Virus record (IMG/VR): IMGVR_UViG_3300037882_001548
Coordinates: 1 to 63,403 of that record
Source of the DNA: a virus
Taxonomy: Duplodnaviria; Caudoviricetes
Length of the DNA stretch: 63,403 bases
Reading direction: 5' to 3' (one strand)
Shown: piece by piece, positions 11,142 to 22,081 of the stretch
How the letters are laid out: each line of letters starts with the position of its first letter
How positions within the stretch are numbered: position 1 is the stretch's first letter
Program-made: the position numbers and the translations under genes
Notes under the pieces: generated by a model
The model's database searches: none
Told to the model about the DNA's origin: nothing
Seen by the model: only the letters and a program-made list of their open reading frames with translations

Positions 11142-12305
11142 ATGCAAAGAAAAATATATTTACCAGGTAACATCAATACCACACAGGCTACTACTACATT
11201 TAATGATGTAGTCGGTATACCCCCTAATGGCAATATTGATTTAGATCGCTGGATTCAATTTCAATTAGACAACGGTTATATTCTTGCTGGTGGATCAGGT
11301 TCTTTTACAACTGTTTCTATGACGATAGGTGCTACAACATATCCTATAGGGACGCCAGTGCAAACGATATTAACAGCTTTAAATACAGTATCTTCACCTA
11401 CTACAAGTACTGTATTAACAACAGCAGCTATTACAGTAGGTGCTACTGTATTTGCTATAGGAAGTACAACACAGTCTATATTAGCTGCATTGGCTAATAC
11501 AATGAATAAGACAACAACTGCTATGACTATAGGTAGTACAACTTACCCTATAGGTACAACAGTACAGACTATTTTAGACGCTCTCCAAGCAGACAAATGA
11601 AATAATACAGGTAATGCAGGAACTGTACAAGCGACTAATTTTATAGGTACTACTGATACGGTAGGGTTATCTATAAGAACCAATAATCTTATTAGACAAA
11701 CAATTTTAGCAAATGGTGATACTGGTTTTAATACTATAACACCTAATAATAAAGTTGAAATAGATAATGTTACACCCAATACATCAGGTTTAAGATTGAC
11801 ACGTTTAACATCGGCATCACCTACTTCAACAGGTGGAGCAATAGGTGTCGATGCTAACGGAGATGTTGTTAGAATTGCAGCAGCTACTTCTGGCGGACCA
11901 TTAAGATTGCAATCTGGTGTAGCTGACATTAAATATTTTGCTTTAACAGGAACACCTGTTGTTACTTTTAATAATACTGCAGGTGTAGGTACAATTGCTG
12001 TAACTGGTGGAACTATTGAATTAGATAGAGTACAACTAACTTTAACAAATACTGATTTAAATTCAAATGCTTATACGCTTGTAGCACCGACTACTCAATC
12101 AGGTACATTTGTTCAATACCCGCATGTAGAAAAATGGGATAGGCAATTAGATGGTTTACCAACAGGCGGTTTTGAACACATTAATGATAAAGATAGTAAT
12201 CCTCAAATACAAGTTGACGCAGCTACACCAGGAACAAGTATTACAGTGAAAGTAATCAATATTAATAATATGAATACAAACTGTGCTTTAGTGTATAAAT
12301 TTTAA
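11142..12305 (+). CDS. fibre-like virion protein (387 aa, code 4)
   Basis: TGA at 11598 read as W gives WNNTGNAGTVQATNFIGTTD, a motif typical of Bacteroidota fibre-like proteins. Also SGLRLTRL; Thr/Gly-rich. Confidence 0.7.
11319..11585 (+). repeat. three ~21-aa repeats within the fibre-like protein
   Basis: MTIGATTYPIGTPVQTILTAL / ITVGATVFAIGSTTQSILAAL / MTIGSTTYPIGTTVQTILDAL. Confidence 0.85.
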
Positions 12306-12335
12306 TTAAATAAAAATATAAAAATAATAAAAATC

Positions 12336-15300
12336 ATGTTAAAAAAATTAATTAATTTATTACAAATTACATTATTGCTGTTTGTAGCAAATTATACGCA
12401 GGCACAAAGTAATTTAACAGTTGCTTTAAAATATCAAGTATTTGGTACACCTACTATCAGCGGTAATAATTATACGATTAATGGTACAGTAAATGATGTC
12501 AATGGTGTTTGAAATGCAACCAATGTAGCTATAGGAGACTCTGTATTTTATTTGAATACAGGCATCATATATCCTATGGTTGTAACAGCTATTAATTCAG
12601 CTTCTGGTTCTGTATTAAACGTAACGGTTCAATCAGTACCACCTCTTGTATCTACATCAGGTACAGGTAATGTAGGCGGTCAATTGGCTATATCTCGACC
12701 TACTACGAATGATGGTTGTTCAGTTCCCAGTGATTTGAATGAACCACTGAAATGAGCTATGGAAAATAGAAATCGTCAATGGCGTACTAAAACAGGTCCT
12801 CCAGAAATCACAAGCGGTACAACAGAGCCTAATTTAACGATAACTACTGCCGCTAAAATTGGAGATAAATATATACAAACAAGCGATTCAATCACTTGGG
12901 TTAAAACAGGTGCTACTACTTGGGCAGTAGAAACAGGTATAATCAATAGAACAACAACACCTGTTTTTCAAGGTATTCTTGCTGTTCAAACAATTGGAGG
13001 TATTACATATATTCGTAAAAATTTAGGGCTTCGTTATCCAACAATGAATAATAATGTATTTTATTGGAATGATGCTGCCAATGCTTATGAATGTAATAAT
13101 TTTATTAGTGCTGTTGACCCATTGTTTTATAAGGTTAATGGTGCTGTAGGAGTTCAAGATACCTTGTTAGTAAGAAGTTATACAGTATCTAATACATTTC
13201 CTGTTGTAATAAAAGATTTTAATTTAAATACAGCAGTATGAGAAGAGCGTAGTACAAAAGCTGAAACAAGTATATCAGCTACGATTCCTACATCATCAGC
13301 AGGTATGAAAGACGGAGATTTCATCAGAACAAAAAATGCAACAGATAGTGTATTATGGCAAGTAGTTGGTACAAATAAATTTAAAGCTATTGGAGTTTTT
13401 TACAAATCCACAGAACCTGTTAATACAGCTACTAATGATTATACAAGTGCGATTTGGCAAAATCCAAGCATTTCAGTTGTTGCTGGAGAAACAGTTGATT
13501 TTACATACCAAAATAATAGGTGGGTAAATGATAACCTAAATCTTGAAAATTACGGAGCAAAAAAAGACGCTAATTCAAGAGCGGCATTACTGCAAAATAT
13601 TTCACTTTCAAAAGTAATAAATGTTAAATCGGGTAATTATCTGATTGAATCAGAGGTTTTAATTAATAAAGACAGCTTACATTTTAAAGGCGAACAAGGA
13701 GCAACGTTTAAATTTAATACTTCATCACAGCAACGAATGTTTCGCTTAGAGTCAAAAGGGGTAGTTTTTGAAAATATCATTTTTGACGGCAACGATAAAG
13801 AGGTGCTTTATAGCCTTGTATATGCTCATAATAATGCTACCGTAAAATTTGTAAATTGTAAATGGATCAATGTGAAAGGTGTTCACGCAAACGGATTCAA
13901 TAATACAACTAATGTTCAATATGGTTTCCAAATGTCAACAGAAGGGGCGGAGGTTGATATTGAGAACTCAGAATTTAAAAATATTACTAATACTAATTTA
14001 GTCAATATTGAAGGGGTTGGTTTTTGTGGGGGTATTGCTACAATATTTGATAACTTTATAGAACCTGCGGTTCAGTTAAAATCGGCGGTTTTGAATGTGT
14101 CTAACACCAAGTTTTCAAACATTCAAACAATTATGAACACGGGATTATCAGTAGCGGATAATATAAAATATGATGATGCAGACGGCATCAGATTTTATAG
14201 TGAAAAATTATTTACCGTAAATTCTTTTATCAGCGATTGCACGTTTGAAAATATTTCAAAGCGAGCTGTTAAAAATAGTGATGTTAAAGGAGTAACTATA
14301 TCTAATATAAAAATATCACATTATAATATGCCTTATCCAATGGTGAATCCTGTCAAAATTGCATCACGGATGACTATTAATAACTTAGATTTTAAGTCAG
14401 ACCAGCCTTGTGAAATATTAATACAAATACACACTTCCTCTGATATTGCGGTTACAAACGTTACAGCAAACAAAGTTAAATATGGAATTGTTTTTACGCC
14501 TTTGACGGCTAATGACACAATAAGAAATATTTATTTTGATAATATTAAGATGGATACTGTTTTGATAAACGGCACTATTAGTTCTACGGTACATGCAAGA
14601 GTTGACAATATAAAATTTAATGCTTTGTTTATAAATGGTATTGGGGCCACAACAATCGGATTTGCTCCTCCCGTTCAGTCTGATAATAAAGAATTTTATA
14701 CTTTAACAAATTCTTTCTTTAAAAATAGTGCTGTTAAAATTTCTGGAAATGGCAATGTTGATAATATAAATATATTAATCGACAATCCTTTATTCAAGCC
14801 TACTTTAAACGGTGTATTGGAAAGTAATACTGTTTCTGTAAGTGATGTAAAAATGAAAGTTGAAAGTATAGACTTGACTTTTAAAACCGCAAGTAATTTT
14901 CTAATGTATTTCTACGGAACTCAAACAACTGTCAAAGACATAACGCTTACGGTTGCTGATGCCGTTGCCGTTTCAAGCTATGAGGCAGCCTTAAACGGCA
15001 GTTACTCAAGCTATGAAAATATAACTTATAACGGTATAGGGAAAATGATGTTTGGCTGGTTTTCAAACGCGAATCCAATTAAGAAAACAATATTTACAAA
15101 TGTTGTAAGACGAACTATAAATCAACTCCCTACAATAAACTTTTTAGAGGCTTATCTGATAGACAGTTGTAGAATGAACAGTATTATTGATTATTCGCCT
15201 AAAAACAACGGGTATGTTATTTACTTGGAAAATAACGCTAATAATAATAGATTAAACAAAGTAGTCGGCTTAATGTCAAGCCCAATTAATAATGCTGGTA

Positions 15301-15590
15301 CTAATAATATTGATGAAGGTTCAATATTAATTTCAGCACTTCCAAAAGGGGTAGCTACAACTATTTTAGGTACAACTCAAACAGTTACTTTAGATATAGC
15401 TCCAGCAATAGGAACAGATGCGAGTAGATTTGAAGTGGTTTTAGAAGTGGCAGGTAATAGACAAGTACAGTTTCCTATTTCATTAGATGCTACAACAGGT
15501 TATACGCTTAGTTTTAGTGGTACAACAGTAACAGTTGTTTTTGTTAATTCAGTAGCAGCAAGTGGTAAAATATATGTAAATCAACATTAA
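12336..15590 (+). CDS. tailspike-like protein with right-handed beta-helix (pectate-lyase-like) domain and N-terminal signal peptide (1084 aa, code 4)
   Basis: ATG 12336, MLKKLINLLQITLLLFVANYTQA|Q. Three in-frame TGA join the fragments. From ~13530 LENYGAKKD, FENIIFDGN, DADGIRF and N/I/V ladders typical of beta-helices. Confidence 0.75.
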
Positions 15591-15603
15591 AAATAATTAA
15601 AAA

Positions 15604-15638
15604 TTATAAGGCGTGACTTAAAATCTCACGCCTTATAA
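15604..15638. promoter_or_regulatory. perfect 13-bp stem-loop between two fibre genes
   Basis: TTATAAGGCGTGA / CTTAAAATC / TCACGCCTTATAA. A U-rich tract lies on the - strand side rather than the + side. Confidence 0.7.
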
Positions 15639-15656
15639 ACTATAAAAAATACAACT

Positions 15657-17363
15657 ATGAAAAAAATATTAATATTGTGTTTTACCCTGTTTTCGTTGGG
15701 GTTGAATGCTCAGTTTATTGTTCAGTCTCCTACGGTTACAAGTCTAACTTCGGGACGTGTTATCGCATTGCTTGACCTTGCATCTGTTACACATATCAAT
15801 ACAGACCCTGGCACAAAGATACCATTTACGGGTACTATCTACACAAACGGAATGACTACCAATGCGGGAAGCATTACGCCAAGTCAAACAGCTAAATATA
15901 GGGCTGATTGGTTGTGTGTGTCTCCAAGTACGGAATTTCTCGCAGATGGTATTTTTCATGTTGTGCAAAACGGTGTTAGTGTCGGTCAAGTTTCATACAA
16001 TATGAACGAGGCAAGTGCGGTAAATCAATGTGCTGGTTTTATAGATGTTGATTTAATAGCAGGGCAAGAAGTTAGCTTACATTATCGTACACGACATACG
16101 ACAACAGACGGCATCGGTTGGGATAGAGGTAGTTATTTTCAATTGACGCAATTACCTACTGCTGTTGCACCTGTTATTGATGCGGTGGCGGAGTATGGGG
16201 AAAATAATGGTATAACTGATAATCAAACTGTTACAACAACATTAGCTGATGTTGCTGGTTCTTCTTTCACATTACCAAGTGCAGGTGTATGGGAAGTTAA
16301 GTATGTAGTTGAAACAAATGTTACAAGTACCAATATGACAGTTGGTTTATACACATTGAGTAACATTCTTTTAGCAAATTCACAATCGCTTAGTGGAGGA
16401 CAAAGTACCGTCAGGGGTATTGCTTCTCAAATTTCATTTATAACCACAACAGGCTCAGAGGTTTATAAACTTCGTGCTTCTGTAAATACAGGGACAGCGA
16501 CTATCATAAACGGTAATATAGCTGGGTTACAATCTAATTCAAAAATTACTTATCAGAAAATTGCAGGTGGTTTACCTTCAACTGGTCAAACAGTAGATAA
16601 ACTTCACGTAAGGCAGAACACAACACAAGGAGCACCTACTGTTAATACTATTATTAATCTTGAAGGTATTGTAAGTGGGAACATTCCTTTTGCAAACAAT
16701 ACAGTAACTTTAGAAGCTGGTAAAACTTATTTGTTGGAAGGAACTGGGGCTATAATGGCAGGGGGTTCTTCTGCTTATGGTACAAGATTTTTTAATGTTA
16801 CGACTGGACAATTTTTTGGAGAGAGTAGTTATGCTATTTCACCAAATAACGGTAACACAGCTACGTTTGTTAGTAGAACAGCTGTTGCTGAAATTACACC
16901 AACTGTAACAACACAAGTGCAATTAAGAGTTGACCTTTTAGCTGGTGCTGCTGGAACTATTGGCGGTTCTAATTTAGTAAATACTGGCAACGGTGCTGGG
17001 TCTAATCAAGACCCTAATGGTGCATCATGGGTTAGAGTTACACAACTCGGTTCAACCTCTAACACAGTAGGAACTCTACCAGCAGTAGACCAATCATCAG
17101 CAGGATACTTTGACATAGGAAATATGCGGATGCAATGGGGTTCAACAGGAAGTGTAGGTTCTGGTTCTTTTATTACACTTCCTGCACCATTTGCAAATTC
17201 TAATTACGCAATAACTTTAACACCTTTTGCAAGCGGTACAAGAATAGCAAGTGTTTTTTCTACAACGGCTACTACTTTTCAAGTAACTGGGTGGGAAGTA
17301 AATTCACCTGTTGGTGGTATTGCAGTAAATGCAAAATGGATTGCAATCGGTCAACGTCCATAA
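15657..17363 (+). CDS. fibre/receptor-binding-like protein with signal peptide, several C1q-like beta-sandwiches and a C-terminal tail-fibre tip-like domain
   Basis: MKKILILCFTLFSLGLNA|Q. Repeated units (ITPSQTAKY, FTLPSAGVW, VTLEAGKTY). C-terminal GYFDIGNMRMQWG...ITLPAPF...WIAIG typical of phage fibre tips. Confidence 0.7.
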   Translation: MKKILILCFTLFSLGLNAQFIVQSPTVTSLTSGRVIALLDLASVTHINTDPGTKIPFTGTIYTNGMTTNAGSITPSQTAKYRADWLCVSPSTEFLADGIFHVVQNGVSVGQVSYNMNEASAVNQCAGFIDVDLIAGQEVSLHYRTRHTTTDGIGWDRGSYFQLTQLPTAVAPVIDAVAEYGENNGITDNQTVTTTLADVAGSSFTLPSAGVWEVKYVVETNVTSTNMTVGLYTLSNILLANSQSLSGGQSTVRGIASQISFITTTGSEVYKLRASVNTGTATIINGNIAGLQSNSKITYQKIAGGLPSTGQTVDKLHVRQNTTQGAPTVNTIINLEGIVSGNIPFANNTVTLEAGKTYLLEGTGAIMAGGSSAYGTRFFNVTTGQFFGESSYAISPNNGNTATFVSRTAVAEITPTVTTQVQLRVDLLAGAAGTIGGSNLVNTGNGAGSNQDPNGASWVRVTQLGSTSNTVGTLPAVDQSSAGYFDIGNMRMQWGSTGSVGSGSFITLPAPFANSNYAITLTPFASGTRIASVFSTTATTFQVTGWEVNSPVGGIAVNAKWIAIGQRP

Positions 17364-17395
17364 TCAATGAAAAAGATAGTATTAAAAATAAAAAT

Positions 17396-18985
17396 ATGAA
17401 AAAAATAATTTTATTATTGACAATCTTAATACCGATATTAGGTTTTGGGCAATTTGTAAATAATAGTCCTCAATTAACACAAGCGCAAATAGATAGTTTT
17501 TCTCGATTGGATTCGAGTGGAAACTTAAAAGGTGGTGCTATTAATAATTGGGAATTACCTTCTATTATTAATCCCCTTAGTAATCAAAAAACATTGACTG
17601 TGGCTATAAGTAAAGGTTCGATGACAGAGGCGGCACTTACTGATTCTGTTGTACTTTTTGACCCTATCACAAAATCTTATAAGCGAATGTTGGGTTCAGA
17701 TTTAAGAGGAACTCAATCAACTGTAACAGGAAATGAAATAGTTTTTAACAATTGGGATAAAAATTCGGCGGATGATTTTAACGGAGTTTATGGAAATTTA
17801 ACAGGTATTCCTTTAAGTTTTACTCCCTCAGTACACAATCATACTATTGCAGATGTAACAAATTTACAAAATAGTATTGATGCTAAGTTGAATGTTACTG
17901 ATACAAGTTTATACAATTCAAAATCTTTAACACTTGCACAATTAGCAACCAAACAACCACTTGGAACATACGCAAGCGGTACGGGTTCAGCAACAGGTAT
18001 TAATACAGGTGACAATGCCGCTAATACGACTTATGCAAATGACTATCGAGCAGCAAACTTTATAGCGGGTACAAATTATCTTGCACCTAATGGCAATGGT
18101 AGTGCTTTGACAGGATTAAGTCAAAGTCAAATTGCTAACTTATCTACTGATTTAGCAAGTAAGCAAGCAACTTTAACAGGTTCTGAAACTATTTTCAATG
18201 GTTGGGATAAAGACGCATCTAATGATTTTAGCGGTGCGTTTAGTGCATTAACGGGAATTCCAACAACTTTTGCACCCGCTACACACACGCATACAATAAG
18301 CGATGTAACAGGATTACAAAGCGCAATAGATGCGAAACAACCTAATTTAGTTAGTGCAACTAATATAAAAACCATTAACGGTAATAGTATTTTAGGTGGT
18401 GGCGATTTGGCAATAAGCGGAATATCGCAAACCGTTTTAAACGATACATCAATAGCGATTAGAAATAATTTGAATTTAAAAATAAGTGCGTCAGATACAT
18501 CTACAAATTATAAGGTGATGACTCGTGCTAAAACAGATGCTCTATACGTGCCTACTCGTTCTTTTGTAGCTGGAGGAAGTGTAAATTCAACAACTACACA
18601 AGCAGCTATGTTACAATCTGATTTTGCAGTTATAGCGGGAGGGCGTTATCGTTTCAAATATCAAATTAGATATTCCTCAGCAGCAACAACAACAGGTGCA
18701 GCATTCGCTTTGTTCGGTAATGCGGATGTAATATCGGCTTCAATCATTCAAACAAATGCTAACAGCACCACATCTTTAACACAAAGTTTTTCTGGGACTA
18801 TTGCAGCAGCAACTCCTTTTTTAACATCAACATCTTCAAAGTTAACAAACAATGTTGCTATTATTGAAGGTGAAATTGTGGCAAATGCGAACGGGTTTTT
18901 TCAATTGTATTTTGCAAGCGAAGTGGCTGCATCGGCTATTACAATATTAGCTACATCAAGAAAAGAATTTTTAAGAATAGAATAA
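17396..18985 (+). CDS. tail-fibre-like protein with signal peptide and HxH fibre repeats (529 aa)
   Basis: True start is ATG 17396, MKKIILLLTILIPILGFG|Q (the ORF-track start at 17291 overlaps the previous gene). HNHTIADVTNLQ and HTHTISDVTGLQ repeats; NIKTINGNSILGGG fibre motif. Confidence 0.75.
   Translation: MKKIILLLTILIPILGFGQFVNNSPQLTQAQIDSFSRLDSSGNLKGGAINNWELPSIINPLSNQKTLTVAISKGSMTEAALTDSVVLFDPITKSYKRMLGSDLRGTQSTVTGNEIVFNNWDKNSADDFNGVYGNLTGIPLSFTPSVHNHTIADVTNLQNSIDAKLNVTDTSLYNSKSLTLAQLATKQPLGTYASGTGSATGINTGDNAANTTYANDYRAANFIAGTNYLAPNGNGSALTGLSQSQIANLSTDLASKQATLTGSETIFNGWDKDASNDFSGAFSALTGIPTTFAPATHTHTISDVTGLQSAIDAKQPNLVSATNIKTINGNSILGGGDLAISGISQTVLNDTSIAIRNNLNLKISASDTSTNYKVMTRAKTDALYVPTRSFVAGGSVNSTTTQAAMLQSDFAVIAGGRYRFKYQIRYSSAATTTGAAFALFGNADVISASIIQTNANSTTSLTQSFSGTIAAATPFLTSTSSKLTNNVAIIEGEIVANANGFFQLYFASEVAASAITILATSRKEFLRIE
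17711..18337 (+). repeat. two ~58-aa internal repeats in the fibre gene
   Basis: TVTGNEIVFNNWDKNSADDFNGVYGNLTGIP...HNHTIADVTNLQNSIDAK and TLTGSETIFNGWDKDASNDFSGAFSALTGIP...HTHTISDVTGLQSAIDAK. Confidence 0.85.
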
Positions 18986-19015
18986 CATTATATATAAATA
19001 TATTAAAAAAACAAA

Positions 19016-19324
19016 ATGAATGATTTAACTTTCAAAACACTATTCTTAGGCTTTCTGGGGGCACTTGGTACAATTGTAGCTGCTTATATAGGTAAGTTAT
19101 TATTAACGCCTAACGAACGAATAAAACAGCTTAATGAGATTATAATACAGCATACTGAACTGATTCATGATTTAACAAATCAAGTGAGAGAAGTCATTAC
19201 TGAAAATTCTATTTTAAAGAAAAGAATTTCTGAATTAGAAGATGAGTGTAGATTGCTGAGAGATGAAAACAATATATTAAAGCTTAAAATAAATTCTAAT
19301 TATGATAATAACAAAGACAAATAA
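19016..19324 (+). CDS. small membrane protein with coiled coil (holin-like candidate)
   Basis: One N-terminal hydrophobic helix (LFLGFLGALGTIVAAYIG) followed by a heptad coiled coil; lies between fibres and endolysin. Confidence 0.5.
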   Translation: MNDLTFKTLFLGFLGALGTIVAAYIGKLLLTPNERIKQLNEIIIQHTELIHDLTNQVREVITENSILKKRISELEDECRLLRDENNILKLKINSNYDNNKDK

Positions 19325-19718
19325 TTACACATACATTATAGATTTACCACCTGCTATAAAAGCCTTATATACATCAACATCTGTTCAGTTAAATAAGGTA
19401 GAGTTATCTCAGACTCTACCTTATACTGTAACTTTACCTACAGGCATAAGCGAAGTTAAAATTACATTAAAAAGTGCAAATGGTTCGTATGAAGAAAAAG
19501 CATGTTTTTTATATGATGATAATTTACAATGTAATTTAGCGACACACTTGGCAGCTCTGGATAAAGAAAAATTAACTAATACGCAACTACCTTATTTATA
19601 TTATATGTTAAAAGAAGGTACTACAGATATAAACGATTGTGGATGTTATTGTGATTACTTATTGAAAATATATGAAGACATAAATAAACAAATAAACAAT
19701 TCAGATTGTAACTGCTAA
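19302..19718 (+). CDS. Cys-rich hypothetical (probable virion) protein
   Basis: 138-aa ORF with DCGCYC and terminal DCNC. Confidence 0.55.
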   Translation: MIITKTNNYTYIIDLPPAIKALYTSTSVQLNKVELSQTLPYTVTLPTGISEVKITLKSANGSYEEKACFLYDDNLQCNLATHLAALDKEKLTNTQLPYLYYMLKEGTTDINDCGCYCDYLLKIYEDINKQINNSDCNC

Positions 19719-19719
19719 C

Positions 19720-20523
19720 ATGAAAATATCAACAGCTTTAGATAAATTAAAAACATATTACGAAAAACGTAAAATAGGTATTGATTGTAAAGAATCAAAA
19801 GATAATACTAAAGAGCTGGTATTACAAAATTGATTGAATACAATTGACTGCGAAATAGAAGAATGTATAGAATGTAAATTTAATAAAGTAATTGATGTAA
19901 ACTGTACACCTACAATTAAACCATGTTTATTTACATTACCCAATATAACAATATCTCATAATTCATTTACCAACAAAGTGCATGTTAAATTCAATATTAT
20001 TACAACACTATCAGAAATACCGAAAGATGATAAAATAGAATTATTATTTATAGTAAATGGTTCTATTGTAAGCACTGATATTGTCAATCTAAGCGTAGAT
20101 AAATATTATTCTATGTCAGCTACTGATTACATAAATAAAACTATCCAAATAGCTATTAAATCTAATAATTGTTATAGTATTTCTACTCCTACTAAATTAG
20201 GTATAAAAACAATTCAATTAGGTACTTTCAATAATTGTTTTTTATATACAAACGAAGCTTTAATAACAGCACCTTTAATATTAACAAATGTAAATTTAAA
20301 TCAAATATTTATAAGTAATATAAACTTATTTGTAGACGGTATTCAAAATACAAATTATACAGTAGTTATAAATTCTTTAGGTACGTTAGTTATTACTTAT
20401 CCAAGTTTATCAGCTAATCAAGTAATAACAGGTTTCATAGAGTTTCAGCAATACGGAGATACTGTACCATTTTCACATATAGATTTTACAACCAATCAAA
20501 CAGATAATTTATACTGTTCTTAA
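19720..20523 (+). CDS. hypothetical protein with Cys-rich linker and Ig-like C-terminus (267 aa, code 4)
   Basis: ATG 19720 directly after the previous TAA; TGA at 19831 is in frame with ORF 19834-20523. Confidence 0.6.
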
Positions 20524-20546
20524 CAATAAATCAAACACTTTTATAC

Positions 20547-21557
20547 ATGCTCACTTATTTCATATTAACATTGATAATTCTGGTAATATTGACATTACTT
20601 TTTTATTTCATTATATTGAACCCTGTTCCTACTATTGCAACTAAGCATCCAGAAAGCGACACAATAAACAAACAAAATAACAAATTCATTGATACGGTAA
20701 GTAATACAGAAGCTAATGTAATACGTCAAAATATGAAAACAGGTAAGCAAACTAAATACTGCTTAGCTTTCGGTTTGAATAAAATAAACCCTGATGTATA
20801 TAATGGAAGTAATGGATTATTATATGGTGCTGTAAATGATGCTAAACATATAACTGATTACTTAAAGAAAGAAAAAGAATTTGATGTCGTTAAGTTATTT
20901 ACAAATGAAGAAGCTTCAATACAGTCTTTTATAAATGCTTGAAAGTCAATTACAAATAACTTAAAAAAAGATGACGTGTTTGTATTATATATGTCCAGAC
21001 ATGGCATCATGCTTCCAAATAATACAATGGATGATGATAAAGAAAAATCAGGTAAAGATCAAGCAGCCGTAATGTATGATGGTTGTATATTAGATGATTG
21101 TATCGGTAGATTAATTCAATCTTTACCAGAAATTACATTTATATACATCAATGATTCTTGTCATTCTGAAACACAATATAAACTATTACCTGATTTAATT
21201 GATGGTAAATTAACAATCAGTAAATCATTAAGTAAAGATTATGTACCGAGTAAAAATAATATACTTGATATAGTTCAATTAGAATCTTTGTTTACAAAAC
21301 AAGATTATAAACAAAGATGTACTGTTATATCACTTGCATCATCTTTAGATACACAACCATCACTGGATGTTCAATTGAATGGTGTAGCACAAGGATTATT
21401 TACTGGCACATTACTTAAAATACTTAGAGACAATCCTACTATAAGAGTTAAAGATATTCAAGCTCAACTCAGAAAACAAATAGGTTATCAACAAACACCT
21501 GTTGTTCAAATAGAAGGCTTAAATACTAAAAAAGTAAGTTCTTTAAAGCTATTTTAA
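20547..21557 (+). CDS. membrane-anchored metacaspase/caspase-like protease (peptidase C14; 336 aa, code 4)
   Basis: N-terminal TM helix. C14 motifs LYGAVNDA, YMSRHG (His at 21000), NDSCHS (Cys at 21159), GLFT and QTP. The two ORFs are joined by TGA at 20940. Confidence 0.85.
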
Positions 21558-21610
21558 TATTAAATAAACAATAACTAAATAAACTAAATTAAAAATAATT
21601 ACATACACAC

Positions 21611-22081
21611 ATGGGAAAATTACTATTAAGTGTATTACCACTTAAAACAATATTAAACTTTATCTTTAATACAGAACAATTTCAAAATGCCATCATATAT
21701 TTATTTATGAAACCTTTTGAAAAAGTAAAAGATAAAAATCCAGCTTTATATAAAGCGTTAAATGATTATGTTATAGCATTCGCTAAAATACCATCTATTC
21801 AAACAGACGATAATCCAGACAACGTTTCACAATATATTGATTTATTTAAATTATCACAAGTAGAATCATTAAATAAAAATTTACAAGATTCTAACTCTAT
21901 GTTAACAAAAGCGATGAATGCGACGGTAGAAACTAAAAAAGGATTAATGTTAGACTTAGGTATGATTACACCAGCTAAACAAGAAACATCAACTGCTGTC
22001 AATATTGAAAGCTTAAAAAAATATAGTGCGCCAATTAAATCAGTTACACCATTAACAGGTGGTTCTAAACGTAAAAAATAA
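21611..22081 (+). CDS. hypothetical protein, translationally coupled to the endolysin
   Basis: 156-aa ORF with amphipathic N-terminus and basic C-terminus; TAATG overlap with the endolysin start. Confidence 0.6.
   Translation: MGKLLLSVLPLKTILNFIFNTEQFQNAIIYLFMKPFEKVKDKNPALYKALNDYVIAFAKIPSIQTDDNPDNVSQYIDLFKLSQVESLNKNLQDSNSMLTKAMNATVETKKGLMLDLGMITPAKQETSTAVNIESLKKYSAPIKSVTPLTGGSKRKK

Noticed and set aside
12336-18985. T9SS C-terminal sorting domains or lipoprotein signals on the signal-peptide proteins
   Set aside because: No YPNP-type CTD pattern at the C-termini and no lipobox Cys at the predicted cleavage sites.
11142-18985. Diversity-generating retroelement or invertible fibre cassette
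   Set aside because: No reverse transcriptase or recombinase in the window. The repeats are diverged in-frame protein repeats, not adenine-specific TR/VR pairs.
21611-22081. Gasdermin next to the caspase-like protease
   Set aside because: At 156 aa and apparently helical, it is too short and lacks the beta-rich pattern expected of bacterial gasdermins.
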